A stretch of 46,975 bases of DNA, taken from contig NC_057720.1 of NCBI RefSeq assembly GCF_004010195.1, positions 35,573,847 to 35,620,821 of the forward strand, given 5' to 3'. The position numbers were made by a program, and so were the translations under genes. Numbering within the stretch: position 1 is the stretch's first letter; each line of letters starts with the position of its first letter. Source of the stretch: Chiloscyllium plagiosum (lineage: Eukaryota). The notes beneath the pieces were generated by a model. It saw nothing but the letters and a program-made list of their open reading frames with translations, did not search any database and was not told where the DNA came from. Shown here piece by piece: positions 1-13,059 of the stretch.

Positions 1-1576
1 TCTATGTAGCCAACAAAGAGACAGGCATAGCTGGGGCCCATACGTGTGCCCATGGCTACCCCTTTGGTCTGGAGGAAGTGGGAGGATTCGAAGGAGAAAT
101 TGTTCGTGAGGACCAGTTCAGCCAAACGATTGAGAGTGACGGTGGAAGGGTACTGTTGGGGACGTCTGGAGAGAAAAAAAACGGAGGGCATGGAGGTCCT
201 GGTCATGGCGGATGCAGGTGTAGAGGGATTGGATATCCATGGTGAAGATGAGGCATTGGGGGCCGGGGAAACGGAAGTCTTGGAGGAGGTGGAGGGTGTG
301 GGTGGTGTCTTGAACGTATGTGGCGAGTTCCTGGACTAGGGGGGATAGGACAGTGTCGAGGTAGGTAGAGATGAGTTCAGTGGGGCAGGAGCATGCTGAG
401 ACAATGGGTGAGGCAGGGTGGTCAGGCTTGTGTATCTTGGGAAGGAGGTAGAACCGGGCAGTGTGGGGTTCCCGGACTATGAGGTTGGAAGCTGTTGGTG
501 GGAGATCTCCTGAGGTGATGAGGTTCTGTATGGTCTGGGAGATGATGGTTTGGTTATGGGGGGTGGGGTCATGGTCGAGGAGCAGTAGGAAGAGGTGTCC
601 TCGAGTTGGCATTTGGCTTCAGCAGTGTAGAGGTCAGTGCGCCAGACTACCACTGCACCCCCTTTATCCGCTGGCTTGATGGTGAGGTTGGGATTGGAGC
701 AGAGGGATTGAAGGGCTGTGTGTTGTGAGGGTGAGAGGTTGGAGTGGGGTAGACAGGTTGAGGCGGTTAATGTCCTGGCGGCAGTTGGAAATGAAGAGGT
801 CGCGGGCAGGTAATAAGCCAGCGCGGGGTGTCCAGGTGGAGGCAGTGTGTTGGAGGTGGGTGAAGGGGTTCTCAGAAGCTGGGCGGGAATCCTGATTGTG
901 AAAGTAAGCTCGGAGGCGGAGGCGATGGAAGAATTGTTCGACGTCACGGCGTGTATTAAATTCATTGATGCGTGGACGGAGGGGGATGAAGGTGAGTCCT
1001 TTGCTGAGGACTGATCGTTCGTCCTCAGTGAGGGGGAGGTCTGGAGGGATGGTGAAAACTTGGCAGGGCTGGGAGCTGGGATCTGGTGTGGGTGTGGAGC
1101 TGGGTGTGGGGGCGGAACCTGTAACTGGAGTGGGTGTGGTGGTGGGGGAATGGGGGTGGAGTCATGAGCAGGGGTAGTATTCCCCTCAGGGTTCTGGGGT
1201 GTGGGGATAGTGACAGTGGGGTCTGTGGGGGGCGTGTCAGCAGAATGCAGGTGAGTGGCGCTGGTGGGGGCGAAAGTGGTGGTGACCACGGCAGTAGGGG
1301 TGGCAGAAGTCACTGAGCGTGTGGCATCAGTGATGATGCGAGGGGTGGAAGTGATTCACGTGTGATGCATGAGGAATTGTGAGGGACGGAAGTGGTTGTG
1401 GGACTGGCCATGATGGGGGCGGAAGTGACATAATCAATCAGCATGGGGGTGGCAGCTGCATCAGGCGCATGGCTAATGGGGTCTGAATAGTTTCTGAGGC
1501 CAGGGGAATCTTCTGGAATGTTTGAGGAGTGCTGATTGTGGAGGTGGGTAGATAAAAGTTTGTTGTACTTACAGTT
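1..1576 (-). mobile_element. Penelope-like element (PLE), 5'-truncated, frameshifted ORF; N-terminal region and RT, continues off the left edge
   Basis: Minus-strand frames give the PLE N-terminal motif ERSVLSKGLTF, the DKG motif (TIKPADKGGAVVVW), RT motifs FYLLPKIHKP...PIVS and FTMDIQSLYT, and GVAMGTRMGPSYA. Highly similar to the + copy at 24343-26003. Confidence 0.92.
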
Positions 1577-2004
1577 AGTAGGAATTAGTTAACTCTTCAC
1601 TGCACTGTTTGGGCCAGCAGTCAATGCTCACCCCCTAATTGCCAGTGATACTGTACCTACATCCCACGAACAAATATTTTCAAAAAACTGGCCTTATTTT
1701 GCTTCTTAAAGTGTTTACATCCACTCCAACAATTCATAACTTCCACATTGTGGTTTAAGGCTCTTCAATGAGGACTAATACAAATGGTTCTGTTGAGTTT
1801 TGGCTTCTTACCTATGATAATTATTGCTCAACCTGTCAAAATTGCGTCTGTTGGAAATGGGAATGGGACTTCGGCATATGGGTCCCACCCTCCAGTTTTA
1901 AACATCCATGCAGTTTTCATAATTTTGCGAAAATCCAACTCTGTGCTGCAGAGTTCCAGTCTCTAGCCAGGGGAGCAGCCACTCAGTATCCACCCTGCCA
2001 AGCC

Positions 2005-2120
2005 AAATAAGAACAATGCATTTTAATGAGATCATCTCTCGTACTTCTAAACTCCAGAGAATATAGGCCTGTTTTACACTTCTCTTAGGACAATGCTTTC
2101 ATCCAAGAATCAATCTTATT
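2005..2120 (-). mobile_element. Short degenerate CR1 LINE fragment
   Basis: gagatcatctctcgtacttctaaactccagag resembles the minus-strand CR1 RT C-terminal segment at ~9525-9570 (cgatcacctctaactcttctaaactccagagg). Confidence 0.55.
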
Positions 2121-4129
2121 ATGACATTAATTCTGCGCCATTACATTGTCAAATCGGTTAATTTATTGTCAAACGTTACTTGTAAGAAGGAAACAGCTTA
2201 AGACATTGAAGTAAATTTCAAAGGTATTTTGGTATTAAAGTAAACCTTTATTTTCTTGCACTATCGTGTCTCAGTAATTAGTGTTTACTCTTCAATTTTG
2301 GGGAAAACAGTTACAGTACCATGTAGTTAGTTGTACTTTAAAATTTGATACCTTATTGCTAAACACAATTCCATCTTAAAATTGTGTCATCGAAGTAAGC
2401 ACCCATCTATGTACAAATATTTATTATGCATTTAATGCATCACCTTTTGAGTCAGAAAGACAATACAGTGTCGAACAAAGTTAAATCATTGCATGCATAC
2501 TTGAAGTTACATTGTTATAACAGAAGTTCTGCAAAGTAGTTAGAAAGGCATCAACAACAATAGTTATCTATTCTAGACAGTAATCCTCTCTAATAGTTCA
2601 CATTTGAAGTATAAAAGTCATAAAATTCACATGGTTTATGACATCAACTGGAGCTTAATTATGTAATTGCCTTGCTACTCACTTCCCATAATTTGTTATC
2701 ACTGCAACTTGTGGTCATATTTCCTAAAGGAGATATGTTATTATTTTCAGAGACCTTAGACAGGATGCTGTTGAAATTACTGGCAGATATAAAAAGCAAA
2801 GAATGCTCTTTTTTAAGGCTCCTATGTTTTGAAAAATTCAATTTGAAAAGTTCTTTGCAAAACACATTTCCAGATAGTCGATATGAGCTGTCTAGACTGT
2901 TGGTAAGAGTAAAATAGATTTGCTGCAACCATTCTTTTTCAGGATAGATATCCACATGGACCACATGGTTTAGTGTAGCAGAAGAAAGCCACTTGGTAAA
3001 TGAATAAGAAGTAGCTCTTATCTTAAAATGAGTTCATTCCATTGTAACAAGTGTTGGGAAGTTACTCCGATGTGATAGATATTGGTATAGAATCTGAATA
3101 AAGCCTAAATAGTAGGTCTTACTACTTTGAGGTTCTCAGCTGTTCTCTGCACAAATTTACATGACATTATCATTATGAGTTATGCTTAAGGTGCCCTTCA
3201 GTATTAATATTTTTAGACCCATAAATCCTTGGAGAAAATCTTCTCCCAACCCACGCTTTTATTTTTCATTTTATTATTACTTATACTATTTTTATCTCTA
3301 CTCCATCTTTCCAAAGTCTCTGACTTGCAATTTATGGAGGGTAAGTATCTTCTCAGAACACATTCTTTTAGCTGGGGAAGATAGGTAGGTCTTTGTGTTG
3401 AAAACTGTTGACTTTGATTCTGATCCTGACAGGTATGTTTTGAAAGTCCCTTCAAACTGGAGCAGCTTTAAACTCTTGGATTTTCTTCCCAGTTGTGTCT
3501 TTCCTGCTGAAACAGGCTATTTCTTTTTGACCATGACCTAAAACTTTAGACTTTAGTTATCCTCTCTCAATGGTGGCTTCCATAGAGTTGTGTGCATCAC
3601 ATCTTCAGTCTGTGTCAGCAGATTTTTCTTCTTAATCTGTTGGTAAATCTGTTCTCAAGTGTGTAGACTTGATACTTACACTTGTTATCAGCTTGGATAA
3701 TTTTATTCATCTTTGGTGATTGCATTTCTGGTGAAACTGGCGTGCTCATTTTCTTAATCATACAATTTGTGGATTGCTTCTAGATTAGCACTGATCTCTG
3801 CCATTGGTATGAAGGATTCTTTCTGAAAAATAAAGCAAGTAAATTCTTTGTTTGAACTTGTATCTTCTGAATCACTTTGGCATCTGACATCAGACTTAAT
3901 TCTGTCACTATTCTTTGTTCATCAAGTTATTTGGTACTCTGAATTATGTCAATGATACATCAATGAGTTCAGTGAGGTATGCTACTCATTGGCTATCTGG
4001 TTGCATTTTGTTTTCACAAATATTATTCATTCCTGCAAGCTGAACTCTTTTCATTGCTGATTTTGGCAGAAAGTATTTCTACCAATTTTGTATGATCTTG
4101 ATGACAGAAACAAACTTCTTATGCCAATT

Positions 4130-4960
4130 TAACTAATCTCAATGGAATTTGTCTTTGATTTGTGATTCACCATGAGTCTCGAGAGCCCTATGAAACCCTA
4201 TTGGTTGTTCTTTCACTGTTTGTTCCACAACTGATAATTCGGATACTGAATGTTCCTTGACTTGCTGTTCCATGACTGGTTGCTCCTGGACCAGTTGTTT
4301 CTTGACTGTAACTCATTTTTGTCTACTGTTTGAAGATGAATGAGATCAAGACATGCATTCATATTCAAAAGCAAGAATTCTTAATATTGAAATGAATGTT
4401 TTTTTTTTACTATCTGACACCTCTTGTATTGGATAGTTGCTTGGAGCATCCCTAATCTTAAGTGCTTTCTTCCTGGACTATATAGTTGATACACTGTTGG
4501 TTGTTCGTGTTATGTTTTCATCTGTAATTCATTATCTGATAATGTCGTGATACTCACCTCTGTGTCAATCTTGAAATCAGTGTGATGATCTTTCACAGAA
4601 ATAATTTCATGCCATAAGATTTAAGTTAGATCACTATTTACTCTCGAAATACCTAGTAGATTTTCTTCTACTGTAACCTCATGAATTTACTGTAATAAAT
4701 GTGATACTCATCAGTAGTTACAACAATTCTGTGTCTTATAAATTCTGGCTTCAAATCTCCATGGACACATTGTTCCTTAATCTGTAGAGATCATTAATTA
4801 AATTATCCATGCATGCTTCGGGTGCTGCATTTTCCCCTGAAATCTTGCTCTCTCTTATCTTATTTCTTCTGCAGTTAAAGTAATTGTCTAGGTTGTTGAA
4901 AATTCATCAAAAGATATCTATTGCTTCTTTTACACTTGTAATGTTAGGCTCAGAAACAAC
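4130..4960 (-). mobile_element. Highly decayed Ty3/Gypsy LTR-retrotransposon internal relic (gag, aspartic protease, possible pol C-terminal tail)
   Basis: Manual minus-strand translation across frameshifts gives gag-like DNYFNCRRNKIRE...INDLYRL...EQCVHGDLKPEFIRHRIVV, then protease-like FKIDTEVSITTL (DTG mutated to DTE) and QLYSPGRKHL..GMLQATIQYK. No RT/RNaseH or LTR pair recognised. Confidence 0.65.
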
Positions 4961-6569
4961 ATTTTAAACCGAACCATTAAGGGTTAATCATTAAAGATGA
5001 GTTGGACATGGCAATGAGCAATTGAAGAAAAGTAGAGAAGTACATGAAAACCAAGTCTAATGCAAAAACAACCTGTTTTGATTGGAAGATGCCTGCAATG
5101 AACTTGCTTTGACTTGGCAACAGGCTATTTTGCAATGACACCTGGATTTGTTTGTGATCACCACGCACAGAGGAATGATTGGGAAAGTACTCAGGAATGG
5201 TATAATAGCACGTGATATCAGATTTAGAATAGTATTAATTTTGGGGATGTTTCCCAGCTTTGGGGGCTTTTAACCATCAGGGCCTTTCACCGCTGGACTC
5301 AGGTTTGTGATACTGAGGCTATGGAAATTGAAATAGAAATAGAGCTCCAAGTGTCGCTGACACCCATGGACAGAAGGCAGTGAGTCCCACCTGTTGCATA
5401 TGTCTAAAGTAGTTTAAGATAATAGATTTGTTCAATAGATTATATATCTCTAAATTAGATTAAGCTAATAAATTTATTTTATATCAAGGTCAGTTGTATT
5501 TGTTTCGATCAGACCTTAAAGAATCAGTTAGACACTTTAAGCCTAATAGTGCACCTTGTTGAGTTAAAATGTCACTAACTGTACTCCCAATTGTACAAAA
5601 TAAAGTTAGTTTTTTCAACCTCTGATTTAGAATCTAAGTTGGAAGTTATTTGAATGCTTTCAGATTTATGTTCTCCAAGATATCCAACTCCGGTTTATTT
5701 GACCGATTTAATGAAATGAAATCTCCCCAGAATATTAATTCTGATCCCATTCTTCCCAATGTGATTATTTATCTTTCTCACATTAAAAATTTTGGTTTTG
5801 CTATATAGAAGTGCCACGTAGTGCTGTACTGAAGGGGTTTCCTTTATTTTTGAAGGATTCCAGCCTTTTACATATGAAATGGAGGATTTGGAATATATCT
5901 GGATAAATCCTGGTTATTGTGCCCTTAGTGAATGATTTCTATATCTTTTAACAGCTTTACTGAATGAATCCCACTGCCTATAGATCTAACAAACTATTCT
6001 TATTTTAATCACAGTTTCGGCAAATGACTATCTATTTGAGACTTGAATAAATATCTCCTGCCTTTAGTGCAGTTTCTGTGGTCTCCTAACTTACTTCTGA
6101 GGTTGCACCTTGTCTGTTTAGGCTTTCTCAATACCCATTTATCACTTCAATTCTGATTTTTATCATATTCACAAGTTTGCAAAGACATTATCAATTGCTT
6201 TTGTGGCCCTGATGTTCCTTAGTTTAGCTAAGCCTGTGGAACCCACTTACTGTGGTGGCAATGATCAAAATGAACTGTTGGTACTTCCCCTACTTTTCAA
6301 TTTCCTGTCTGTAAATTTGCATTGCTGTTTGAAAATTTACCCTTATCCACCAGAGATATTAATCTTGGTCATGTAACCTCCAAGATTCAACTGAATTCCA
6401 ACTTGGAACTGCTCCTATAGATTTCCAAGACCGGATAAAATCTGCAACTGTTTTGGAGTGACACATTCTCCAGCTCCAGGGTGTTCCAAACACTCTGCTG
6501 CTACTGTCTAAGTGGACCTCAAAGACTTTTTCAATTCTGCCTTGTTGAATCTTTTGTTTCTTGCATGGG

Positions 6570-6680
6570 GTACAGTTGGACCAGCATTTATTGCTATCCC
6601 TATTGCCCTTGAGAGGGAGGTGGTGAGCTACCTTTTTGAATGTTTTCAGTCCATTTGGTGTAGGTTGATCAACCATGCCT
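6570..6680 (-). mobile_element. 3' tail of the LINE family seen at 22360-23445
   Basis: ccagcatttattgctatccctattgcccttgagagggaggtggtgagctacctttttgaa is the reverse complement of the tail type gttcaagaagg...caacttggaacaaacaacaaatgc at 23360-23420. Confidence 0.6.
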
Positions 6681-8239
6681 CTTGCCATGAGGTTTTTCTT
6701 CTTTCAGGTTCATGAATGTTCAGCTGTTTCACCTGCTATCTGAGCAATCTTAAAGCTGTGTCTAAGTCTTCACATTCAATATGCAAAAGATTACACATGA
6801 ACTGAAAAGCAATTTTGAAATTGGCAGAGGATAATCAGCAGTCCGAGAATTAAGTTATGTTTAGCCGAAGGGTTTGGTATTCACAGTTTCACGTGGAATA
6901 CAAAGCAAAGTGTCATGATCAGAGCTCCTTTCTCATCAAGCCCACTATCAGGTTGGAGATTTATATTTGACTTCCTGCATGTAGTATTGTGAGCTTGAGG
7001 AGTGTGGAGGTCTATCCCACTATCTCCTTAGTTGCCAAGAACCAATTTTCTGTGTTGTTCAAGCCATTTGTAGAGTGTGAATCTATTCACCTTGAAAATG
7101 TGGAAAATAAAAATAGGCCCTAGTTTTATTGTACGTTTATCACCATCCCGGCTGCTTTCAACATTGATTTCCTTTGACACAAAGCTCTGTTTCCTCATTC
7201 AACCTAAGCAGCAATGTTCAATATTTCATTTGAGAGTGTTAATCGCATTACCATCCTTGACGTTTTACAGATATCATATTATAGGCACAAGTTTGGCAAT
7301 TATTCCAGGTGTAATGTATAGCTTGTGATCAGCAGTTGGAATTCAAGAGTACTTAATAGATGCTGGCCAGCCAGTGACGCCTATATCCCACGAGTGAGTG
7401 AGAAAAGAACTAGCTTTTCAGAAAAAGCAGTGAGTTTGGTTGTTCTTCAGATGTGATGGAAAGTTGTAAAGGAGTTCCTGACAGACTTTTTTTTAATCAG
7501 TGTTATATAGGACTGATAAAGTGTTACATTCTCTCAATCTGCTTTCAAGTTGAGCAAGAGGCCAGGAAGCATTTCAAATAAAGCTAATGTTGAGTTTTAA
7601 ATTGGGACTATCGATGTGAAAATGTACTTGTGTGATACAGTATCTTTAAACTGCACAGCATGAAATTTAAGAATCTCAAAAAATCTGCTGATTGAGTTCC
7701 TTTTAAGGAAATATAGTTCAATGATCTGCAACATAAAGAATTCCACCTATATATGAATATTGTACTTTTATTATAACTAATAACTGAATAATTATTGTAG
7801 TAAAAATTCAAAGAGTGTATTATGTATGTGGTATTTACATCCCAGCATTTTAGTGACACTCACATTGTAAGCTATTGCTCTTGATCTTAGAACATTGACA
7901 GCATTGATGATAAAACAATACATGTTCCATGTGGCTGGCATGTTGTGCATTGTTTTATTCATAAAATCATAACTATTAAAAATGGTCTGCTATGTAAACA
8001 GTATGATAGTACAAAATACTGAAATTCCATCACATTGTACCACATTATGGTAAGATTAAAGTTACTCAATACTCTCAGGAATTTTCATGGTGTGAGTTCC
8101 TGATCTCAAGTGTACTGTTGTAATTGACAGAATGAAGAAGGAGCAGAAACCAATGCACTTCCCCCATGCAGAATAGTTGGAAAATAAACATAAGATGAAA
8201 AGGCGTCATCTCTAACTGATCCTTGACTGCAGTCAGGCA

Positions 8240-8470
8240 TCAGCTTTGGTTATACCACATTGGGAGTCTGAGATTCAGTTTTGGCATCATACCTCAGGAA
8301 TACACTGGCATGAAGGAGTATGATTTTAGATTCACCAGAAAGGATTAAGTTATAACAATATGAAGAGGCTGCATAAATTTTATTTGTATATCTTTGAGTT
8401 TAGAAGGTTGAGGTGTTTAGTATGAGCATTTAAAATTTTTAAATTATAGGATTTGACAGAACAGATACAG
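8240..8470 (+). mobile_element. Degenerate CR1 RT C-terminal fragment
   Basis: Decayed equivalent of LVRPHLEYCVQFW...RFTR...LEFRRL (ttggttataccacattgggag...cagttttgg...tttgagtttagaaggttgagg). Confidence 0.5.
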
Positions 8471-8477
8471 AAAAACA

Positions 8478-9125
8478 AAGAAACACGGAGGCTACGTACA
8501 GGAATAGGCCATACAGCGCTTTGAGTCTGTTGTGTCATTCAGTGTGATCATGGCTAATCCTTTATCTCAACATCATATTCCTGCTTTCTCTTCATACCCC
8601 TTGATGCCTCTAAAATATTATCAATCTCTTTCTTGAATATATTCAGTGATCCAGTCTCCACAGCCTTCTGTGGTAGCAAATTCCACAGGTTGACAATCGT
8701 TTGGATGAAGAAATCTTTCCTCACCTCCAGTCTTGAATGGCCTATTGATCCTGGGACTATGATCAACTGGTCACAAGTCCCTAACCAGAGGAAACATCCT
8801 CCTTGCATCTAGTCTGAATAATCCTTTTAGAATTTTATATGTTTTAATCAGATCCCCTTTTGTTCATCTGAAGTCTCATGAATACAAGTCCAATTGAACC
8901 AAATTCTCTTCATGTGACAGTTGTGCCATCTCAGGTACCAACCTAATGAACCTTCGTGACGCTCCCTTGATGGCAAGTATACCTTATCTTAGGTAAGGAA
9001 ACCAAAACTGCAAGTGTGGTCTTACTGAGGCCCTGCATAGAAGACATCCCTACTTCTGAGCTCAATTTCTCTGGCAGTAAAGACCAACATACCATTTGCC
9101 TTTCTAATTGCTTGCTGGACTTGAT
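8478..9125 (-). mobile_element. CR1 LINE 3' fragment
   Basis: ORF 8554-8808 contains RKDFFIQTIVNLWNLLPQKAVETGSLNIFKKEID (CR1 ORF2 C-terminus), with a CR1 3' UTR near 8480-8560. Confidence 0.85.
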
Positions 9126-9144
9126 GGCAAGAAAGTAGTTTCTA

Positions 9145-9990
9145 GAAAAAAAGAGATTTGGAAAAGGAACAAGAGTAGGCCACTCAGCCCTTCGAGCCTG
9201 CTCTGCCATTCAAAACAATCATGGCTGATCTGATTTTAACCTCAACGCTTCATTCCTGCATATCCCCGATAACTTTTCATCCCCTTGGTAATCAAGAATC
9301 TGTCTATGTCAATCTTCAAATCGTTTAAACATTCTGCAAACACTGCCTTTTGATAAATGAAATTCTAAAGACTCCCAGCCTTCTAAGAGGAACATTTTTG
9401 TCCTCCCTCAAATGAGTGACCCCTTATTTTTTAAACTATGATTTGTATTTCTACATTTTCCCACAAGAGAAATCGTCTTTTCTACATCAACGTGGCCAAG
9501 TTCCCTCAGGATCTTACATGTTTCAATTCGATCACCTCTAACTCTTCTAAACTCCAGAGGATACAGAGCTAGCCTGTCTAACATTTTCTCGCACCCCACT
9601 CATTCCTGGTATTAGTCGAGTAAACCTTTTCTGAACTGCTTCCAAGCAATAACTTCCTTCTATAAGTGCACTGACCAGTACTATACTGGTCTCAAGACAA
9701 AGCCTCACCAGTGCTTTGTATAACTAAAGTGCAACCTCCCTCCTGTTCTATTCAACATAATAAAACATAATATTCTATTTGCTTTCCTGATATCTTGCTG
9801 TTTCTGCATACTAATCTTGTGCGATTCATGCATTAGGACACCCGGACCTCTGCAGCTTAGAGCTCTAAAACCTCTCATCGTTTAAACAATATGTTTCTTT
9901 CTTATTCTTTTTGCTAAAATGGATGTTTTACACTTTACCATAGTACATTTCATTTGTCAGATCTTTGCCCACTCAATTAACCTATATTCG
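9145..9990 (-). mobile_element. CR1 LINE 3' fragment (second, adjacent copy)
   Basis: ORF 9408-9599 reads LDRLALYPLEFRRVRGDRIETCKILR. The 3' UTR gagtaggccactcagcccttcgagcctgctctgccattcaa lies at 9173-9213. Confidence 0.85.
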
Positions 9991-10029
9991 TTTGTAGGAT
10001 CCTTATGAATATAATCCTTAAGTCAAACC

Positions 10030-10272
10030 TAGCCCTTTCAGAAATGAAATCAGGAAAACTCCTTTCACTCAAAGTCAAAATACATGGATATATATAAGAC
10101 TGAGGGCGCTGATTCAATTGAAGTTGTGAAGGCTGTAAATGATAGAACGTTGTTGGGTCAGGGTTTCACTGGATATGGATGAAAGGCGGGTAAGTGGACT
10201 GAAGCACAGATCAACTAAAATCTAATTGAATAGATTGAGGGGCTGAATGTCCTACATGTATTCCTATGTTTC
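10030..10272 (+). mobile_element. CR1 LINE 3' end
   Basis: Degenerate C-terminus (gaaatgaaatcaggaaaactcctttcactc) and terminal ggggctgaatgtcctacatgtattcctatgttt, matching the CR1 3' UTR type at ~21090-21130. Confidence 0.65.
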
Positions 10273-11419
10273 TCTGATGATTGAGTAGAAAGGGCCTTGG
10301 GTTTTAAGCAGGAAAGAAGTGGAGAAAATTAAATGTATTAAGGGAAGAATCTGTATTTACCCAATCTACTGTTTTCTTAACACTGCATTTATAATCGGCA
10401 TTTTGTTAGAACTCTGCGAAGCTGTTTCACAGGGAAGTCCTTGTCAGGAACATATCTCTGAGAAATGATCAAAGTTTTGTGACAAACAGGTTACTCACCC
10501 AACAGGAAATGATTACTGATGTTTTTGGCCCGGAAACATCTGACTCGAGAGATACTACCTTTGTTTTGATTTCTTTTTAATTTAAAAGGCTGTTGTTGAT
10601 TCACTTGGAAAAGGAAGAGTTGCCTTAATTACCGACAATAACAGCAACAATTACCATGCAGTTGACCTACAAGCACTTCGGTATCTTTTCAAAGATTCTG
10701 GTTTAAAAAGAGAATTTAAACAATCTGACCTTTATTCAATAGGGTGCACTATTTGAACATGAGGTATTGTGACTGAGAAAGCAATTACCTGTTTTAGTTC
10801 ACTAACTATCATCAGACCATTCAAATATAAAGCTTTCATTTTTATTCGTATCATAAGCAGTTTGTTTTATTTTAGGAGTGAGATAATAGGAAAAATCATT
10901 TTATTGAAATAATAGGGATTAATAGCTATAGTGAATAAGGACTTATACTTTCCATGTTAAAAGCCATGTACAGGTGTTGGGTGCACTAACTCAACCATGA
11001 CAATTATTTTGTAGTACCTGGCAGTAAATTAGAGAATAGTAATTATCAGTGTTGAAGGAACAGGTTCCGTGAGTCTACTTCCAGTTAAGGAATTGTCTGT
11101 AGCATTTGAGAAAGAATCGTGAAGAAGGAGAAAATAAAAGTTATGTGTGGCTTGTGTTTTTAAAAAAATCCAAATTAGTTCCCGTTACCTTGTTAATGAA
11201 GGAAAACATTCCGAGATAACGTTAGAGTGAGATTTAGCAATCGCTTAGCCTTTGAGGAATTGTCTTTTTAATCAGTTACAAAATATCTAATATTGTTCCA
11301 CCCAAAGTCTAAGACTACATATGCACTCTTATCCATTTTAATCCCTGTGTTTGAAAGCAGTATATTAGAATGGTTTAAGATCAATTGAACCCGCAAGGAT
11401 TTAAAATCTTTTCTCTAAG

Positions 11420-11720
11420 TAGTGGCAAGTAGCATTTGCTCCTTTTCATTTTCATGGAAATGCGCCTGCAGTTTGTAAACGATGAACTACTCAGACTGAG
11501 TGAGCGAGAGAGAGGATTGTGTAACTTGAATTCACTCCCTGCTGATCGGAGAATTGATATCATACCCTTCATTACATTGTTAGGCAGAGGAGTGCTCCCG
11601 CTGTGCATCATCAATTGCGACAGCTGAGATCAGTGGAATCCATAAAATCTGATTCCAAATTTTCCTTCTGACGAGTGCTACTTGACAGGCTACAAAGAGC
11701 AAGTCTCTCTCCTTCCTTGC
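11420..11720. promoter_or_regulatory. Putative conserved non-coding element / enhancer
   Basis: No recognisable repeat. 7 CpGs retained in 11461-11680 against a CpG-poor background. Motifs: E-box CAGCTG (11621), CATAAAA (11641), TGACAG (11683). Conservation is not testable here. Confidence 0.35.
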
Positions 11721-13059
11721 ACCACTCTCCCCACGCTCCTCCCCCGACCCCCAAAGCTACACACGGGGGTAGGTAGTCACTTCAGTAATAAATATGCCTT
11801 GAGATAATTGGTATGAAAACAACACTTGTGCAGTATATAACGTTTTATGGCTGTTTCATGTACTTTATTATAATACTAATGAGAGGTTGTATATCAAAGT
11901 TAACTACATGCAAGATTAGCTTGTTAGAGGGATCAAGCTCTGTATGGCGATAGACAGCTTTCCCTTCATTTGCACTTGGTAATTAGTATGCAAATTATAC
12001 AGAGGACCACACAAGTTCTAGTATATTACAACAGCTTTATTATGCTTCTGTGAAGATGAGACACAAACAAGCTATGACAGGATTTATAAGGACACTTTCC
12101 CCACAGTAAATGCTAGTATGTCTGAGGTATGCTGAGCAGAAGCTTTCTTTTGAATAGGCCCCTGAATCACTTTAAATGCAACCAGACAGCAGGATTCATC
12201 CAAAAGACTTAAATACGCATTTTTATATTCTTCCCACCAACCCCCTGAAATGGATGGAAATGTGCCCATTTGTCACTTCAATATATAAAAAAATCAATCA
12301 GTGCAACAATTTGAAATTATTATTAAAGAATTATTTAAGTCCCCTAAATTTTACATTAAGGGACATAATGCCAGCTGATTAAGTTTCCTGACTTATTTTG
12401 AATGCAAACAATTTTAAGGGACTTTATTACTTGGATTTGCTTGTGTTCTGACCATGTTTTGTGACTCGATAACAGAATATCTTGTGTTAATATTTTCCTC
12501 TTTACCCACTATTGTTTTCTTTTTGAGGTTTTATTAAATTTTAATCAAACTTCATAGGAGTACGAAACCAATGAAAAAGGAGACCATAAACTATCTGCCA
12601 AAACAGGAATAAGTAAGCACTAAAATAGCTGAGTGCCAGGCAGTTTTAGTAAAGTGTTCCTAGCTGCTACAGATCACTGCATCACAAGCCTGGTGTCAGC
12701 TCCAAAATGTACCACAGGAGACTCATTATGAAAAGCAAATATTATTTTGCAGAGAAATGATTTATAACAGAGAAAGATTTTTTTCTGCTTTTTGTATGAG
12801 TGTTATTTACAATCTGGACATATGGCAAGTTGTAGTGATGAAGTATAGTCAAAAGGCTCTTGATTCTGCCTGTGTATTTCTCTGTCTCTTTCGTGTCAGA
12901 AACTCTGTCTTTTACTTTTCATACAGAATGAATACAGTATGGAAAGAGTTCTGGAATGCAATATAATTCAGGTTTTACAATGGAAAACTCCAAGATAAAA
13001 GCAGTTACATTAAGCCATGGTTCTATCCAGTTTCACTATAATATTGCAGCCTGTAATTA

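Noticed and set aside
46..1316. Plus-strand Gly/Val/Arg-rich ORFs (also the minus ORFs at 24581-25573 and plus ORFs at 46234-46846)
   Set aside because: Antisense shadows of the C-rich PLE coding strand.
3400..3825. Acceptor-like tttatttttcag followed by protein-like minus-strand text (KESFIPMAEISANLEAIHKLYD*)
   Set aside because: Multiple stops within 45 codons and no recognisable homology.
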